Source: Minisyncoccia bacterium (GTDB taxonomy: Bacteria; Patescibacteriota; Minisyncoccia; UBA6257; JAAZHW01). From it: 64,000 nt of DNA. The DNA is taken from NCBI GenBank assembly GCA_049720475.1, contig JBNASH010000036.1, positions 1,339 through 65,338 on the forward strand. Direction: 5' to 3'. The translations under genes and the position numbers were made by a program. Below, one piece after another: positions 27,435-38,146 of the stretch (the first letter of the stretch is position 1; each line of letters begins with the position of its first letter). Under the pieces are notes generated by a model. It made no database searches. It was not told the origin of the DNA and was given only the letters and a program-made list of their open reading frames with translations.

Positions 27435-29195
27435 ATGATTCCAAACAAAAACTTTCTTGATTTATTGGTTAAGAATAACAAGATCAACCAAGAACTGGCT
27501 GATCGTTTATTAAAAGAAAGTCAAAATTTGAATCGTAATGTTGAGGATTTAATTTATGAACGGAATCTCGTTTCTGATCTAGAAATAGCCAAAATTAAAA
27601 GTGAATATTATAAAATCCCATTAAAGACTTTTACTAAAGATGAAGTAATTCCTAACGAGGTTTTAAATATTATTCCGGAAGAAGTTTCTCGTACTCATAA
27701 AATTATTGCCTTTAAAAAGGAAAAGGATACTTTATATGTCGGCATGCTTTACCCAGATGATTTAAAGGCGCAAGATATTTTAAAGTTTATTGCCAAACAG
27801 AAAAAATTAAATATCGCCATCTATCTTATTACTAAAAGCGATTTAGAGAATTTGTGGAAACATTATCGTTCGTTTGCTATCCGCTTAAAAGAAATTCAAG
27901 ATAGCGTAGAAATATTTAAGAGACAAGCGAAAACCACTCACCAATTATATCAACAAAAAATTATTAGAATTGATGAGGCGAGTGGTGTTATTGCCGAAGA
28001 AGCGCCGGTAATCAAAATTGTTTCAACTATCTTAGAGGAAGGCGTTAATTCCAATGCTTCTGATATTCATATTGAACCAATGAGAAATCGATTGAGAGTT
28101 CGTTTTAGATTGGATGGCGATTTAAAAGAAATTATGAGTTTGCCTTTGGAATTGCAACCACCTATCATTGCCCGTATTAAAATTTTATCTGATTTAAAAA
28201 TCGATGAGACGCGAATACCACAGGATGGACGCTTTCGTACTTTAATAGATAATAAAGAAGTAGATTTTCGTGTTTCAACTTTGCCGACGGCATTGGGCGA
28301 AAAAGTAGCCATTCGTATTTTGAACCCATATGTTGGATTAAAAACAATTGAAGGATTGGGCGTTAAGGATTATCACCAAAAATTAATTTTGGAAGGAATT
28401 GAAAAACCATTTGGTATGATTCTTGTCACTGGTCCAACGGGTTCTGGTAAAACCACAACTCTTTATGCCGTTCTTCAGAAATTAAACCAAGAAGATATTA
28501 ACATTGTTAGTTTGGAAGATCCGGTAGAGTATTTTATTGAAGGATTAAATCAATCGCAGGTGAAACCAGAAATTGGTTATACTTTTGCTTCGGGATTAAG
28601 ACAAATTGTTCGTCAAGACCCCGATGTTATTATGGTAGGTGAGATTCGTGATAATGAAACCGCTGAGTTAGCAGTGCACGCTGCTTTAACCGGTCATCTA
28701 GTACTTTCAACTTTACATACTAATAATGCTATAGGTGTTATTCCACGTTTAATTGATATGAAAATTGAACCTTATTTATTGCCAGCCTCATTAATTTTAA
28801 TGGTGGCCCAACGTTTAGTGGGAAAATTATGTGATAATTGTAAGCAGAAAGTTGAAGCAACCGGCCTTCTTAAAGAAGAAATTGAAAAGACAGTTGCTTC
28901 ATTGCCAGCAGACTTACAGAAGAAATATAAAAAAGATAAATACGAAATTTATCTACCCCAAGGTTGTAAAGAATGCAATTTTAAAGGTGTTAAAGGCAGA
29001 ATACCTATTTTTGAAATTTTAAAGATGACCCCATCATTAGAGCAGGTTATTTTAACCAACCCCTCAGAGGCTAACCTTAAAGCAGAAGCGGAAAAACAAG
29101 GAATGGTTAGTTTACGGCAAGACGGAATCATTAAAGCTTTAGAGGGCGTTGTTTCGATAGACGAAGTTCTTAAAGAAACAGTGAAATTGGAATAA
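27435..29195 (+). CDS. pilB: type IV pilus extension ATPase PilB (copy 2)
   Basis: Walker A GPTGSGKTTTLYA, Asp/His boxes, CDNC...CKEC zinc motif; N-terminal region FLDLLVKNNKINQELADRLLKESQ loosely resembles the start of an MshEN-type motif. Confidence 0.85.
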   Translation: MIPNKNFLDLLVKNNKINQELADRLLKESQNLNRNVEDLIYERNLVSDLEIAKIKSEYYKIPLKTFTKDEVIPNEVLNIIPEEVSRTHKIIAFKKEKDTLYVGMLYPDDLKAQDILKFIAKQKKLNIAIYLITKSDLENLWKHYRSFAIRLKEIQDSVEIFKRQAKTTHQLYQQKIIRIDEASGVIAEEAPVIKIVSTILEEGVNSNASDIHIEPMRNRLRVRFRLDGDLKEIMSLPLELQPPIIARIKILSDLKIDETRIPQDGRFRTLIDNKEVDFRVSTLPTALGEKVAIRILNPYVGLKTIEGLGVKDYHQKLILEGIEKPFGMILVTGPTGSGKTTTLYAVLQKLNQEDINIVSLEDPVEYFIEGLNQSQVKPEIGYTFASGLRQIVRQDPDVIMVGEIRDNETAELAVHAALTGHLVLSTLHTNNAIGVIPRLIDMKIEPYLLPASLILMVAQRLVGKLCDNCKQKVEATGLLKEEIEKTVASLPADLQKKYKKDKYEIYLPQGCKECNFKGVKGRIPIFEILKMTPSLEQVILTNPSEANLKAEAEKQGMVSLRQDGIIKALEGVVSIDEVLKETVKLE

Positions 29196-29225
29196 AATCT
29201 AAATTGGTTTATAATTAATAAAAAT

Positions 29226-30299
29226 ATGGATCTATTTTATAAAGACAAATTAGAACAACTTTTAACTCTTACCGCGCAAGAGAATGCTTCTGATTTGCAT
29301 TTTTCAGTTGGTCGAAAGCCGACCCTAAGAATTGATGGTCGTCTCGTGCCTATTGTTAAAGAAGAAGTATATACAAAAGATATTGTTGCTGGATTAATCG
29401 ATGCTTTGCTTCCAGCAGAAAAAAAAGAAGAATTTCTTAAAAACCGGGAAATTGATTTTTCTTATACTTTATCTGATAAAGCTCGTTTTCGGGTTAATGT
29501 TTATTTCCAGAGAGGCAATATGGCTGCTTCTCTAAGATTTATTCCTTATAAAATTAGAACTATTGAAGAATTAAATTTGCCACCGGTACTGCATGATTTT
29601 ACAAAATATACCCAAGGATTTGTTTTGGTGGTTGGTCCAGCAGGTCATGGTAAATCAACAACACTTGCTGCTTTAATTGATGAAATTAATCATAAAAGAA
29701 CCTCCCATATTATTACAATTGAAGATCCAATCGAGTATGTTTTTATTCAAGATCGCTCGATTATTGATCAAAGAGAGGTTTATAGCGATACTTTAAGTTT
29801 TCATCGCGCTTTGCGATCAGTTTTGAGACAAGACCCCGATGTAATTATGGTTGGAGAGATGCGCGACCCCGAAACTATTCAAACAGCTATTACTGCTGCT
29901 GAAACGGGGCATTTAGTTTTTTCTACTCTTCATACCAATTCTGCCTCTCAAACAATAGATCGTATTATTGATAGTTTTCCGGCTTCGCAGCAAGCCCAAA
30001 TCAGAACTCAATTAGCTTCAACTTTGGTAGGTATTGTTTCTCAAAGATTGGTACCCCGATTAAATGGCGGTCGCATTCCCGCTTGTGAAGTAATGATTAC
30101 CAATTCAGCCATTCGTAATTTAATCAGAGATGATAAGGTTTATCAGATTGATTTAGTAATTGAAACAAGTATCCAAGAAAAGATGATTTCTTTAAATCGT
30201 TCATTGGCCACCCTTGTTAAACAAAGCGAAATTTCTTTAGAGACGGCCCAAGCATATTCATTAAATCCGGCCGAGTTAGCTAATCTTTTAGCTCGATAA
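29226..30299 (+). CDS. pilT: twitching motility retraction ATPase PilT
   Basis: About 357 aa, Walker A GPAGHGKSTTLAALI, no GspE N-domain, AIRNLIRD C-terminal motif. Confidence 0.85.
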   Translation: MDLFYKDKLEQLLTLTAQENASDLHFSVGRKPTLRIDGRLVPIVKEEVYTKDIVAGLIDALLPAEKKEEFLKNREIDFSYTLSDKARFRVNVYFQRGNMAASLRFIPYKIRTIEELNLPPVLHDFTKYTQGFVLVVGPAGHGKSTTLAALIDEINHKRTSHIITIEDPIEYVFIQDRSIIDQREVYSDTLSFHRALRSVLRQDPDVIMVGEMRDPETIQTAITAAETGHLVFSTLHTNSASQTIDRIIDSFPASQQAQIRTQLASTLVGIVSQRLVPRLNGGRIPACEVMITNSAIRNLIRDDKVYQIDLVIETSIQEKMISLNRSLATLVKQSEISLETAQAYSLNPAELANLLAR

Positions 30300-30303
30300 A
30301 ACT

Positions 30304-31515
30304 ATGGCTAAATTTAGATATACAGGAAGAAATGAATTGGGAGAAATTCAAAGCGGTGTGGTTGAGGCTGGCAATCGCGATTTAGCCGTTAGAGTTTTGC
30401 AGGATAATAAAATTTATGTTCTTTCGATTGAATCTTTGGAAAAGAAAGGATTTTTTGAAGATTTACTAAGAAGTTTTCGGAAAGTCAAAATTAAAAATTT
30501 AATGATTTTTACAAGACAGTTAAGCACTTTGCTTTCCGCCAAAGTTCAATTGATAGACGCTCTTAAAACTTTATATAACCAAATTAACGATCCAATTTTA
30601 AAAGATGCTATTTTTGATGTTTTTACTGATGTAGAAGGCGGACTATATCTTTCTCAGGCCCTTTCAAAACACCCAAAAGTTTTCTCCGATTTTTATATTA
30701 ACATGATTAAGTCGGCAGAATTGTCAGGTCGATTGGAAGAAACACTAAATTATTTAGCTGATTATTTAGAAAAGGAAAATAAATTAAGCAGCAAATTTAG
30801 AAATGCTTTAATATATCCTATATTTATTTTAGTTGTTTTCTTGGCTGTTTTAATTTTAGTGGTAACGGTAGTTATTCCTCAATTAAAAGGCGTTTTTGTT
30901 GAGGCGAATGTAAAACTCCCATTTCTTACTCGGTTTTTATTAAATATTGGCGATTTTATTTTGAATTGGGGTGTGGGGTTAATTCTTTTTTTTGGCGTAG
31001 CAATTTTCTTATTTATTAGATATTTAAGAACAGAAGAGGGCAAAAGATTTTGGCAGCAAACTACTCTTTCTATTCCTATTTTGGGAGGGATTATTAAAAA
31101 AGTTGCTTTGAGTCGTTTTGCGTCCTCTTGTAGCGCTTTGATTAAAGGAGGATTGCCAATTGCTAATTCTTTAGAGATTTCAGGAAAAATTACCACTAAT
31201 ATTGTTTATGAAAAAATTCTTATGAATACAGCCGAAGCTGTTAGAACAGGCTCAACCATTTCTCAGTATCTTGCTCAATATCCTGATTATTTTCCGCCGA
31301 TGGTTATTCAGATGATTTCGGTTGGTGAAGCTTCTGGAAGGGTAGAGGATTTATTAACAAGAGTGGCGGATTTTTACAGCAATGAAGTAGATCAAACAGT
31401 AGGTAATATTGCCGAAATTATCCAACCAATATTGATTATTGCTCTGGGCATTTTTATGGGTTTGTTTATTGCTGCCGTTCTTTTGCCGATTTATAATTTA
31501 GCCCAGGTCTTTTAA
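30304..31515 (+). CDS. pilC: type IV pilus platform protein PilC (GspF family)
   Basis: Two GspF repeats with 3 TM helices, about 400 aa. Confidence 0.8.
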   Translation: MAKFRYTGRNELGEIQSGVVEAGNRDLAVRVLQDNKIYVLSIESLEKKGFFEDLLRSFRKVKIKNLMIFTRQLSTLLSAKVQLIDALKTLYNQINDPILKDAIFDVFTDVEGGLYLSQALSKHPKVFSDFYINMIKSAELSGRLEETLNYLADYLEKENKLSSKFRNALIYPIFILVVFLAVLILVVTVVIPQLKGVFVEANVKLPFLTRFLLNIGDFILNWGVGLILFFGVAIFLFIRYLRTEEGKRFWQQTTLSIPILGGIIKKVALSRFASSCSALIKGGLPIANSLEISGKITTNIVYEKILMNTAEAVRTGSTISQYLAQYPDYFPPMVIQMISVGEASGRVEDLLTRVADFYSNEVDQTVGNIAEIIQPILIIALGIFMGLFIAAVLLPIYNLAQVF

Positions 31516-31578
31516 ATCGAATTTTAATATTATAAAATAAATAAATAAAAGGTCGATTTATTAATAAAAAACAATTCA

Positions 31579-32028
31579 ATGCGTAATAAAAACAAAGGTT
31601 TTACTTTAATCGAAATGCTCGTCGTTATAGCTGTCATTGGTTTGTTGGCTGCTTTGATTTTGGTTGGTTTATCAAGTTTTAGAACTCGAGGTCGTGATAC
31701 AAGAAGAATTGCTGATTTAAAAGAAGTGCAGAATGGTTTAGAGGTGTACTATATGAAAAATGGTACTTACCCCACTGGTATAAATACGTGGACTGATTTG
31801 GAAAACGCTTTAACTAGTGCCGGCATTGGAATTACAAGCATTCCTAAAGATCCAACCAATGGTAGTCCCTATCAATATGTTTATGGAGTTGATGGAACGG
31901 GTCAGCATTATGTTATTGGCGCAACCATTGAGGATCCAGATGCCAATACTTCATTATTGCAAAATGATTTAGATGGAACTGTTTATAATGTTTCTTGCGA
32001 TGACCCTGTTTATTGTATAGGAATGTAA
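31579..32028 (+). CDS. pilA: type IV major pilin
   Basis: Class III signal KGFTLIEMLVVIAVIGLLAA (G-F-T-L-I-E prepilin cleavage/methylation site), C-terminal Cys pair. Confidence 0.8.
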   Translation: MRNKNKGFTLIEMLVVIAVIGLLAALILVGLSSFRTRGRDTRRIADLKEVQNGLEVYYMKNGTYPTGINTWTDLENALTSAGIGITSIPKDPTNGSPYQYVYGVDGTGQHYVIGATIEDPDANTSLLQNDLDGTVYNVSCDDPVYCIGM

Positions 32029-32047
32029 AAGGAAAATTAGGGATGTT

Positions 32048-32962
32048 ATGGTAGAAATCATTTTGTCAGTGATTCTATTTTTAATCGGGTTGGGAGTGGG
32101 GAGTTTTATTAATGTCATAACAACTCGCTTCCAGCCCGATTCTCATATTAAATTTTCTCAATTAGTCAGCGGTCGCTCCCGCTGTCCTTTTTGCTTCCAT
32201 CAATTAAAATGGTATGATTTGATACCTATTTTTAGTTTTGTTTTTCTTCGAGGAAAATGTCGTTATTGTAAAAATAAAATTTCTTACCAATATCCAATCG
32301 TTGAATTTTTAACGGCAGTAATTTTTCTAGGTTTATTTTTAAAAATTTATAATTTAACGCCGGTACGATTAGCTTTGGCGCAACAAATATATTCTTGGCC
32401 GGTAATTTTATTATTAAGTTTTGCTATTTATTTATCAATTTTAATAATTTTATCCATTATTGATCTTAAATATTATCTTTTGCCCGATAACTATATTTTG
32501 TTTGGTGTTGTTTTGGCTTTTTTATTTAACGCATTTTTTTATTGGATTAATCAAAATCCCCATAACAATTTTTTTACTTGCGGGATTAATTTCTTAGGTT
32601 CCTATATTGATTATTTTAATTGCCAAATTCCTTTTTGGTTATCACCAATTTTAGGAGCGATTTTTACCAGCGGCTTTTTATTTTTAATTTATCTTTTTAG
32701 TCGAGGCAAAGGAATGGGTTTTGGCGATGTAAAATTGGGTATTTTTATTGGATTAATTTTGGGTTTGACGAATAGTATTTTGGCTTTAGTCATTGCCTTT
32801 ATTTTTGGTTCAATTGCTGGTATAATACTTTTAGTAGCCAAAAAAAGAACTTTAAAATCAATGGTTCCTTTTGGCCCTTTTTTGGCTTTAGGTGTTTTAA
32901 TAACAATTTTTTTCGGTTCGAATTTAATAGACTTATATTTAGCTCTTTTTAATATTTTTTAA
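32048..32962 (+). CDS. pilD: prepilin peptidase PilD (A24 family) with N-terminal zinc-binding domain
   Basis: CPFC...CRYC tetra-Cys motif, polytopic membrane, GFGDVKL active-site Asp region. Confidence 0.75.
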   Translation: MVEIILSVILFLIGLGVGSFINVITTRFQPDSHIKFSQLVSGRSRCPFCFHQLKWYDLIPIFSFVFLRGKCRYCKNKISYQYPIVEFLTAVIFLGLFLKIYNLTPVRLALAQQIYSWPVILLLSFAIYLSILIILSIIDLKYYLLPDNYILFGVVLAFLFNAFFYWINQNPHNNFFTCGINFLGSYIDYFNCQIPFWLSPILGAIFTSGFLFLIYLFSRGKGMGFGDVKLGIFIGLILGLTNSILALVIAFIFGSIAGIILLVAKKRTLKSMVPFGPFLALGVLITIFFGSNLIDLYLALFNIF

Positions 32963-32966
32963 AAAT

Positions 32967-33434
32967 ATGAGAGACGTAATGATTTCAAATTCGTTATATT
33001 GGGGCGCTATTTCTTTTATGGCAGTACTTTTTGTCGCAACGGTAATTTTAAATAGCTATCTTTTTATGTTGGACAATCAATTAACACAAGAAGTTTATTT
33101 ATCTCGAATTCAAGCTAATAAAGCTCGATTAATTATTCAGTATGATAGTAAGAATAAAAGAGTTTTTGAAGGAGATGTGATAGGAGGACAATTAAGTTTA
33201 TATGATATTCTTGTTTTATCTTCTCGAGCGGGCAATTTACAAGTCGAATTTTCTAAATCACCCGATGGCCGAGTGACTCTTTCTAAAATCGAGAATTTTG
33301 CTAATAATGAAAAGCATTACTGGGAAATGAGGTTGCCGAATTTAAACTGGTCTAAATCACTAAATGGTTCAGATGTTGATTTAACAAGAATTTTTGTTAA
33401 TGGCGGAACAACCGTCCATCTTATTTACAGATAA
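32967..33434 (+). CDS. hypothetical membrane-anchored protein downstream of pilD
   Basis: 155 aa, one N-terminal hydrophobic helix, no pilin cleavage motif. Confidence 0.3.
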   Translation: MRDVMISNSLYWGAISFMAVLFVATVILNSYLFMLDNQLTQEVYLSRIQANKARLIIQYDSKNKRVFEGDVIGGQLSLYDILVLSSRAGNLQVEFSKSPDGRVTLSKIENFANNEKHYWEMRLPNLNWSKSLNGSDVDLTRIFVNGGTTVHLIYR

Positions 33435-33443
33435 AAAATAAAG

Positions 33444-34274
33444 ATGGTTGAAATTATAAATGGTAAAAATTTAGCTCAGGAAATTCTGGATGAGTTAAAA
33501 AATTTTTTTCTGCGAAAGAAAGTAGCGCTGGCGGTTATTTCTATTGGAGATGAAAAAGAGAATTTAACTTTTATCAAACAAAAACAAAAAGCAGCCGCCT
33601 ATTTGGGAATAGAGTTTTTTCATTTCCATTTTGATAAAAAGCTTTCTAACAAAACTATTAGAAAGAAACTAAACGAAATTGTTCGAAAAGATTTTATAAA
33701 GGGTGTTGTTTTACAGTTACCGTTACCCCAAAATTTTAACACCAACGCTTTAGCCAATATCATTCCGATCAACAAAGACCCCGATGTTTTAAACGAACGT
33801 CATTTTGGTCAATTTTGTTTGGGTCGAAGTAAAATTTTACCACCGGCTGTTGCGAGCTTAAAATTTATTTTTGATAAATATCAAATTGATTTTCAAAATA
33901 AAAAAATTGGCGTGGTGGGTGCGGGGCGACTGATTGGTTTGCCAATTATTGTTTGGCTCCTAAAACAAAAATGCACTGTTTTTACCGTTGATATTCATAC
34001 TGAAAAACCCGCAGAAATTATCAAAAATTGCGATATTGTTATTAGTGGGGTAGGCAAGGCTAATTTAATTGATGATAAATGGATTAAAGAGGGGGCAGTA
34101 GTTATTGATTTCGGTTTTGAAAAACAAAATGACAAAATAAGCGGTGATTTAAATTTTGATTCTTTAAAAAACAAAGCTTTATTAATTACCCCAACGCCGG
34201 GCGGGATGGGACCGATTTTGGTAGCAATGATTTATAAAAATTTGCAAACGTTAATAATGAATGAAAAGAAATAA
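33444..34274 (+). CDS. folD: bifunctional methylene-THF dehydrogenase/methenyl-THF cyclohydrolase FolD
   Basis: GVVGAGRLIGLPI NAD(P) site, TPTPGGMGPILVAMI C-terminal motif. Confidence 0.8.
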   Translation: MVEIINGKNLAQEILDELKNFFLRKKVALAVISIGDEKENLTFIKQKQKAAAYLGIEFFHFHFDKKLSNKTIRKKLNEIVRKDFIKGVVLQLPLPQNFNTNALANIIPINKDPDVLNERHFGQFCLGRSKILPPAVASLKFIFDKYQIDFQNKKIGVVGAGRLIGLPIIVWLLKQKCTVFTVDIHTEKPAEIIKNCDIVISGVGKANLIDDKWIKEGAVVIDFGFEKQNDKISGDLNFDSLKNKALLITPTPGGMGPILVAMIYKNLQTLIMNEKK

Positions 34275-34319
34275 CTTGTCTTTTAAGCTAGAAGGAGTAA
34301 AATGAAAAGTTGATTAGCC

Positions 34320-35921
34320 ATGAATAAATTTGTAGAGAAAATTTTTAATTTTGAGTCAAAAACAATTAGTGGTGGGGCAGTAATAATTGCTTTTTTTTAT
34401 TTACTTAATGGTTTGATTGCTTTATTAAGAAATGGTATTTTGGCTTATCAGTTTGGTGCCAGTCGAATTTTGGATATTTATTGGGCATCATTTAGAGTGC
34501 CGGATTTAATTTATGTAATTTTTATTAGTGGCGCTTTGTCGGCTGGTTTTATTCCTTTTTTTGCCGAAAAATTAAATAAATCAAAAGAAGAAGCTTGGCA
34601 ATTAGCGAACAATATTTTAAGTACAATTATTCTCGTTTTGTTTATCGCGGCTCTCTTAATTTTAATTGTTGCGCCTTTGATAGTTAAATTAATTGTTCCT
34701 GGTTTTGATGTTTCTTCTCAAAAAGAAGTAGCAAAGTTTTTAAGAGTGATGATGTTTCAGCCGATTTTTTTGGGCGCCTCTGCAATTTTTGGAGGAATGC
34801 TTCAAACTTTTCGGCGTTTTTTTGTCACTTCGCTTTCACCCATTTTTTATAATCTAGGTATTATTATTGGCGCCATTTTTTTAACAAAAATTTTTGGGCC
34901 AATTGGTTTGGCGATTGGTGTTTTGTTAGGTGCCTTTCTTCATTTGGCGGTTTTATTTCCATCGCTCAAAAGTATTAATTTCCGCTTTAATTTTTTGCCT
35001 TCGTTTAAATCAGAAAACATCAAAAATTTAATTAGTATCGCCGGTCCAAGAACATTAAGTTTAATTTCAACCCAGATAAATTTTTTAGTTATCACAATTA
35101 TTGCCTCACATTTAGAAAAGGGAAGTTTGGCTATTTTTAATTTTGCGAATGATTTACATTCTTTACCACAAAATATTTTTGCCATTTCTTTTGCCATCTC
35201 CGCTTTTCCAATTTTAGCAACTCTTTCTTTTAACGCCGAAGAATTTTCCAGTTATTTTATCAAAACACTTAAAAATATTTTGTTTTTTCTTCTTCCGGCT
35301 GCCGCTTTTTATTTTATTTTTCGACAAGAAATTATTTTTCTCACTTTAAAATACGGACAATTTGATCTGACAGCCCAAAAAGAAACGAGTTTAATTTTGG
35401 GTATTTTTTCTTTTAATATTATTTTTGCAGGCCTTTTGCCATTATTAATTAGAGTATTTTTTGCCCAAAAAGACGCCTGGCGGCCATTCTTGGCTGGTTT
35501 AAGCGCCAATATTTTAAATGTTTTTTTGAGTTTGGTTTTGGCCGCGCGATTAGGTATTAAAGGTATTGCCATTTCATTTGTAATTAGCAATTTTATTAAT
35601 TTAGTGTTGTTAATTTGGTTTATAAAAAGAAAAAATTTGTTGATGGGCAAAGAAGGATTGTGGTTAAATTTCAAAAAATTTTTTCAAAAAATTATTTTGG
35701 CCACAATAGCTGATTTCATTTTTCTCTTTATTATTTTTTCTTTTCTTCCATTCCCCCAAGATAAAATAATTGCCATCATTTATTTAATTAGCGGTGGTGC
35801 TATTTTTGTTTTAATTTATTTAGCTATTAACTATTTTTTAATGAAAGAAGAACTGATAGAATTATTAAAGGATTATCCTTTGATAAAGAAATTTGTGGGT
35901 AAATATGAAAAAAATTCGTAA
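34320..35921 (+). CDS. murJ: lipid II flippase MurJ (MOP superfamily)
   Basis: About 530 aa, about 14 TM helices, N-terminal LAYQFGASRILDIYWASFRVPDLIY similar to MurJ TM1-2 region. Confidence 0.6.
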   Translation: MNKFVEKIFNFESKTISGGAVIIAFFYLLNGLIALLRNGILAYQFGASRILDIYWASFRVPDLIYVIFISGALSAGFIPFFAEKLNKSKEEAWQLANNILSTIILVLFIAALLILIVAPLIVKLIVPGFDVSSQKEVAKFLRVMMFQPIFLGASAIFGGMLQTFRRFFVTSLSPIFYNLGIIIGAIFLTKIFGPIGLAIGVLLGAFLHLAVLFPSLKSINFRFNFLPSFKSENIKNLISIAGPRTLSLISTQINFLVITIIASHLEKGSLAIFNFANDLHSLPQNIFAISFAISAFPILATLSFNAEEFSSYFIKTLKNILFFLLPAAAFYFIFRQEIIFLTLKYGQFDLTAQKETSLILGIFSFNIIFAGLLPLLIRVFFAQKDAWRPFLAGLSANILNVFLSLVLAARLGIKGIAISFVISNFINLVLLIWFIKRKNLLMGKEGLWLNFKKFFQKIILATIADFIFLFIIFSFLPFPQDKIIAIIYLISGGAIFVLIYLAINYFLMKEELIELLKDYPLIKKFVGKYEKNS

Positions 35922-37725
35922 TTTTGCTATTATTGCCCATATTGATCATGGAAAATCGACTTTGGCCGATCGTTTTTTAGAAATAACCCAAACAATAGAT
36001 AAAAGAAAAATGAAAGATCAGTTTTTGGATCAAATGGATTTGGAAAGGGAAAGGGGGATAACTATTAAAATGCAGCCAGTGCGAATGATTTACCATTATC
36101 AAAACGAAGATTATATTTTGAATTTAATTGATACGCCGGGCCACGTTGATTTTACCTATGAAGTTTCAAGAAGTTTAGCGGCTGTTGAAGGTGTTATTTT
36201 ATTGGTTGATGCTACTCAAGGTATTCAAGCGCAAACGATGGGTAATTATCAATTGGCCAAAAAACAAAATCTAGTGATTATTCCAGCAATTAATAAAATT
36301 GATCTGCCCAATGCCCAAATTGAAGAAGTTAAGAAAGAGTTAGTAGCTTTGATGGGCGTGCACGAAGAAGAAATTTTTTTGGTCTCGGCGAAAACCGGCG
36401 AGGGAGTTATTAAATTATTGAATGCTGTGATTGAAAAAATTCCTGCGCCAACCACTGATGCAAATTCCAAACTAAGAGCTTTAGTTTTTGATTCGATTTA
36501 TAACGATCATAAAGGCGTTATTTCTTATGTGCGGATTGTTGATGGCGAGATAAGAGCGGGCGAGTATGGATTTTTAATGGCTTCACAAACGCCTTTTAAA
36601 ATTAATGAAGTAGGAGTTTTTAAGCCAAATTTTGAAGAAACAGATAAATTAAGCGCTGGTGAAATAGGCTATATTGTTACGGGTTTGAAAGAACCGATGA
36701 AAGTAAGAGTGGGTGATACTATTACATTGCTACCATCTTTGAAAATTAAAACCAAAAACTTTGATTTTGTTTTTAAAGAAGTAAAGCCATTGACGGGTTA
36801 TCAAGAACCAGAACCAATGGTTTTTGCTAGTGTTTATCCGATTTCTAATGATGATTTTGGTTTGCTGAAAAATGCGATTTTAAAATTAAAACTTAATGAT
36901 CCGAGTTTAGTTTATAAAGCAGAATTTTTTTCTATTTTAGGACAGGGTTTTTGTTTAGGATTTTTGGGCTTGTTGCATTTGGAGATTATTAAAGAACGGT
37001 TGGAGCGTGAGTATAAAATAGAAGTTATTTTTACAACGCCATCGGTTAATTATAAAGTAATTCTTAAAGATAAAAGCGAGGTAAATGTTTATCGAGCGTC
37101 GGACATGCCCGATTTTGATAAGATTTTAAAAATTTTAGAACCATGGGTAAAATTGGAAATTGTTACGCCGCCTCGGTATGTGGGATCTATAATGGAATTA
37201 AAAGAGAGGCACCGATTGAATTACTTGACCACTAAATATTTGGGCAATTTAATCATTTTAGTTTTTGAGGCGCCACTAAGCGAAATAATCGTTAATTTCT
37301 ATGACAAGCTTAAAAGTAGCACTGAAGGATATGCATCGATGAATTATGAATTTTTGGAATACCGAGAAGGTGATTTGGTTAAGTTAGAAATTTTATTAGC
37401 AGGAGAGAAAGAGGAGAGTTTGGCGCGGATTGTTCATCGTCGTTTTGCGGAGGAGGAGGGAAGAAAGATGGTGGCAAAACTTAAAAATGTTTTACCAAGA
37501 CAAAATTTTGTGGTTGCCATTCAAGCTATGATTGAAAATAAAATTATTGCTAGAGAAAATCTGCCCGCCTTAAAAAAAGATGTTACAGGTTATTTATATG
37601 GTGGCGATCGGACTCGTAAAATGAAATTATGGAAAAAGCAAAAAGAAGGAAAAAAAAGATTAAAAGAAAGAGGCCGAGTTCGTCTTTCAACCAAAGCTTA
37701 TCTTGATCTTTTAAAATTAGATTAA
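35893..37725 (+). CDS. lepA: elongation factor 4 (LepA)
   Basis: IRNFAIIAHIDHGKSTLADR G1 motif, DTPGHVDF, LepA-specific C-terminal domain. Confidence 0.9.
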   Translation: MWVNMKKIRNFAIIAHIDHGKSTLADRFLEITQTIDKRKMKDQFLDQMDLERERGITIKMQPVRMIYHYQNEDYILNLIDTPGHVDFTYEVSRSLAAVEGVILLVDATQGIQAQTMGNYQLAKKQNLVIIPAINKIDLPNAQIEEVKKELVALMGVHEEEIFLVSAKTGEGVIKLLNAVIEKIPAPTTDANSKLRALVFDSIYNDHKGVISYVRIVDGEIRAGEYGFLMASQTPFKINEVGVFKPNFEETDKLSAGEIGYIVTGLKEPMKVRVGDTITLLPSLKIKTKNFDFVFKEVKPLTGYQEPEPMVFASVYPISNDDFGLLKNAILKLKLNDPSLVYKAEFFSILGQGFCLGFLGLLHLEIIKERLEREYKIEVIFTTPSVNYKVILKDKSEVNVYRASDMPDFDKILKILEPWVKLEIVTPPRYVGSIMELKERHRLNYLTTKYLGNLIILVFEAPLSEIIVNFYDKLKSSTEGYASMNYEFLEYREGDLVKLEILLAGEKEESLARIVHRRFAEEEGRKMVAKLKNVLPRQNFVVAIQAMIENKIIARENLPALKKDVTGYLYGGDRTRKMKLWKKQKEGKKRLKERGRVRLSTKAYLDLLKLD

Positions 37726-37764
37726 ACTTGAGATTTTGCGATTTTATAGTTAAAATAATAAATA

Positions 37765-38145
37765 ATGCCAAAGATTTTAAATTCGAAAATTTTGTTAATT
37801 TTTCTTTTAATTTTGGCCATTATAGTGATTGTTTATTTTTACCGCCAAATTCTTAACGAACGTAAGTTAAAAATGGAATATGAGGCAATTATGAAAAAAA
37901 TAGAAATGCTTAAACAAGAAAATGAAGCATTGACAGATGAAATAGAACGATTAAAAAATGAACAAGAATTAGAGCGGTTGGCGAGGGAACTCTATGTTTT
38001 AAAGAAGGAAGGAGAAAAAGCGATGGTTGTGCCGCAAGAAATAATGGAACAATTAACAGTAAAAACGACTTCTGTACCGACTTCGCATTCATTTATTAAT
38101 GAAATGTGGCAAAAAATTAAAGGTTTTTTTAATGATTTATTTTGA
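37765..38145 (+). CDS. ftsB: septum formation initiator FtsB/DivIC family
   Basis: TM + coiled coil + LERLARELYVLKKEGE resembling the FtsB YIEELAR.KLG..K.GE motif. Confidence 0.55.
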   Translation: MPKILNSKILLIFLLILAIIVIVYFYRQILNERKLKMEYEAIMKKIEMLKQENEALTDEIERLKNEQELERLARELYVLKKEGEKAMVVPQEIMEQLTVKTTSVPTSHSFINEMWQKIKGFFNDLF

Positions 38146-38146
38146 T

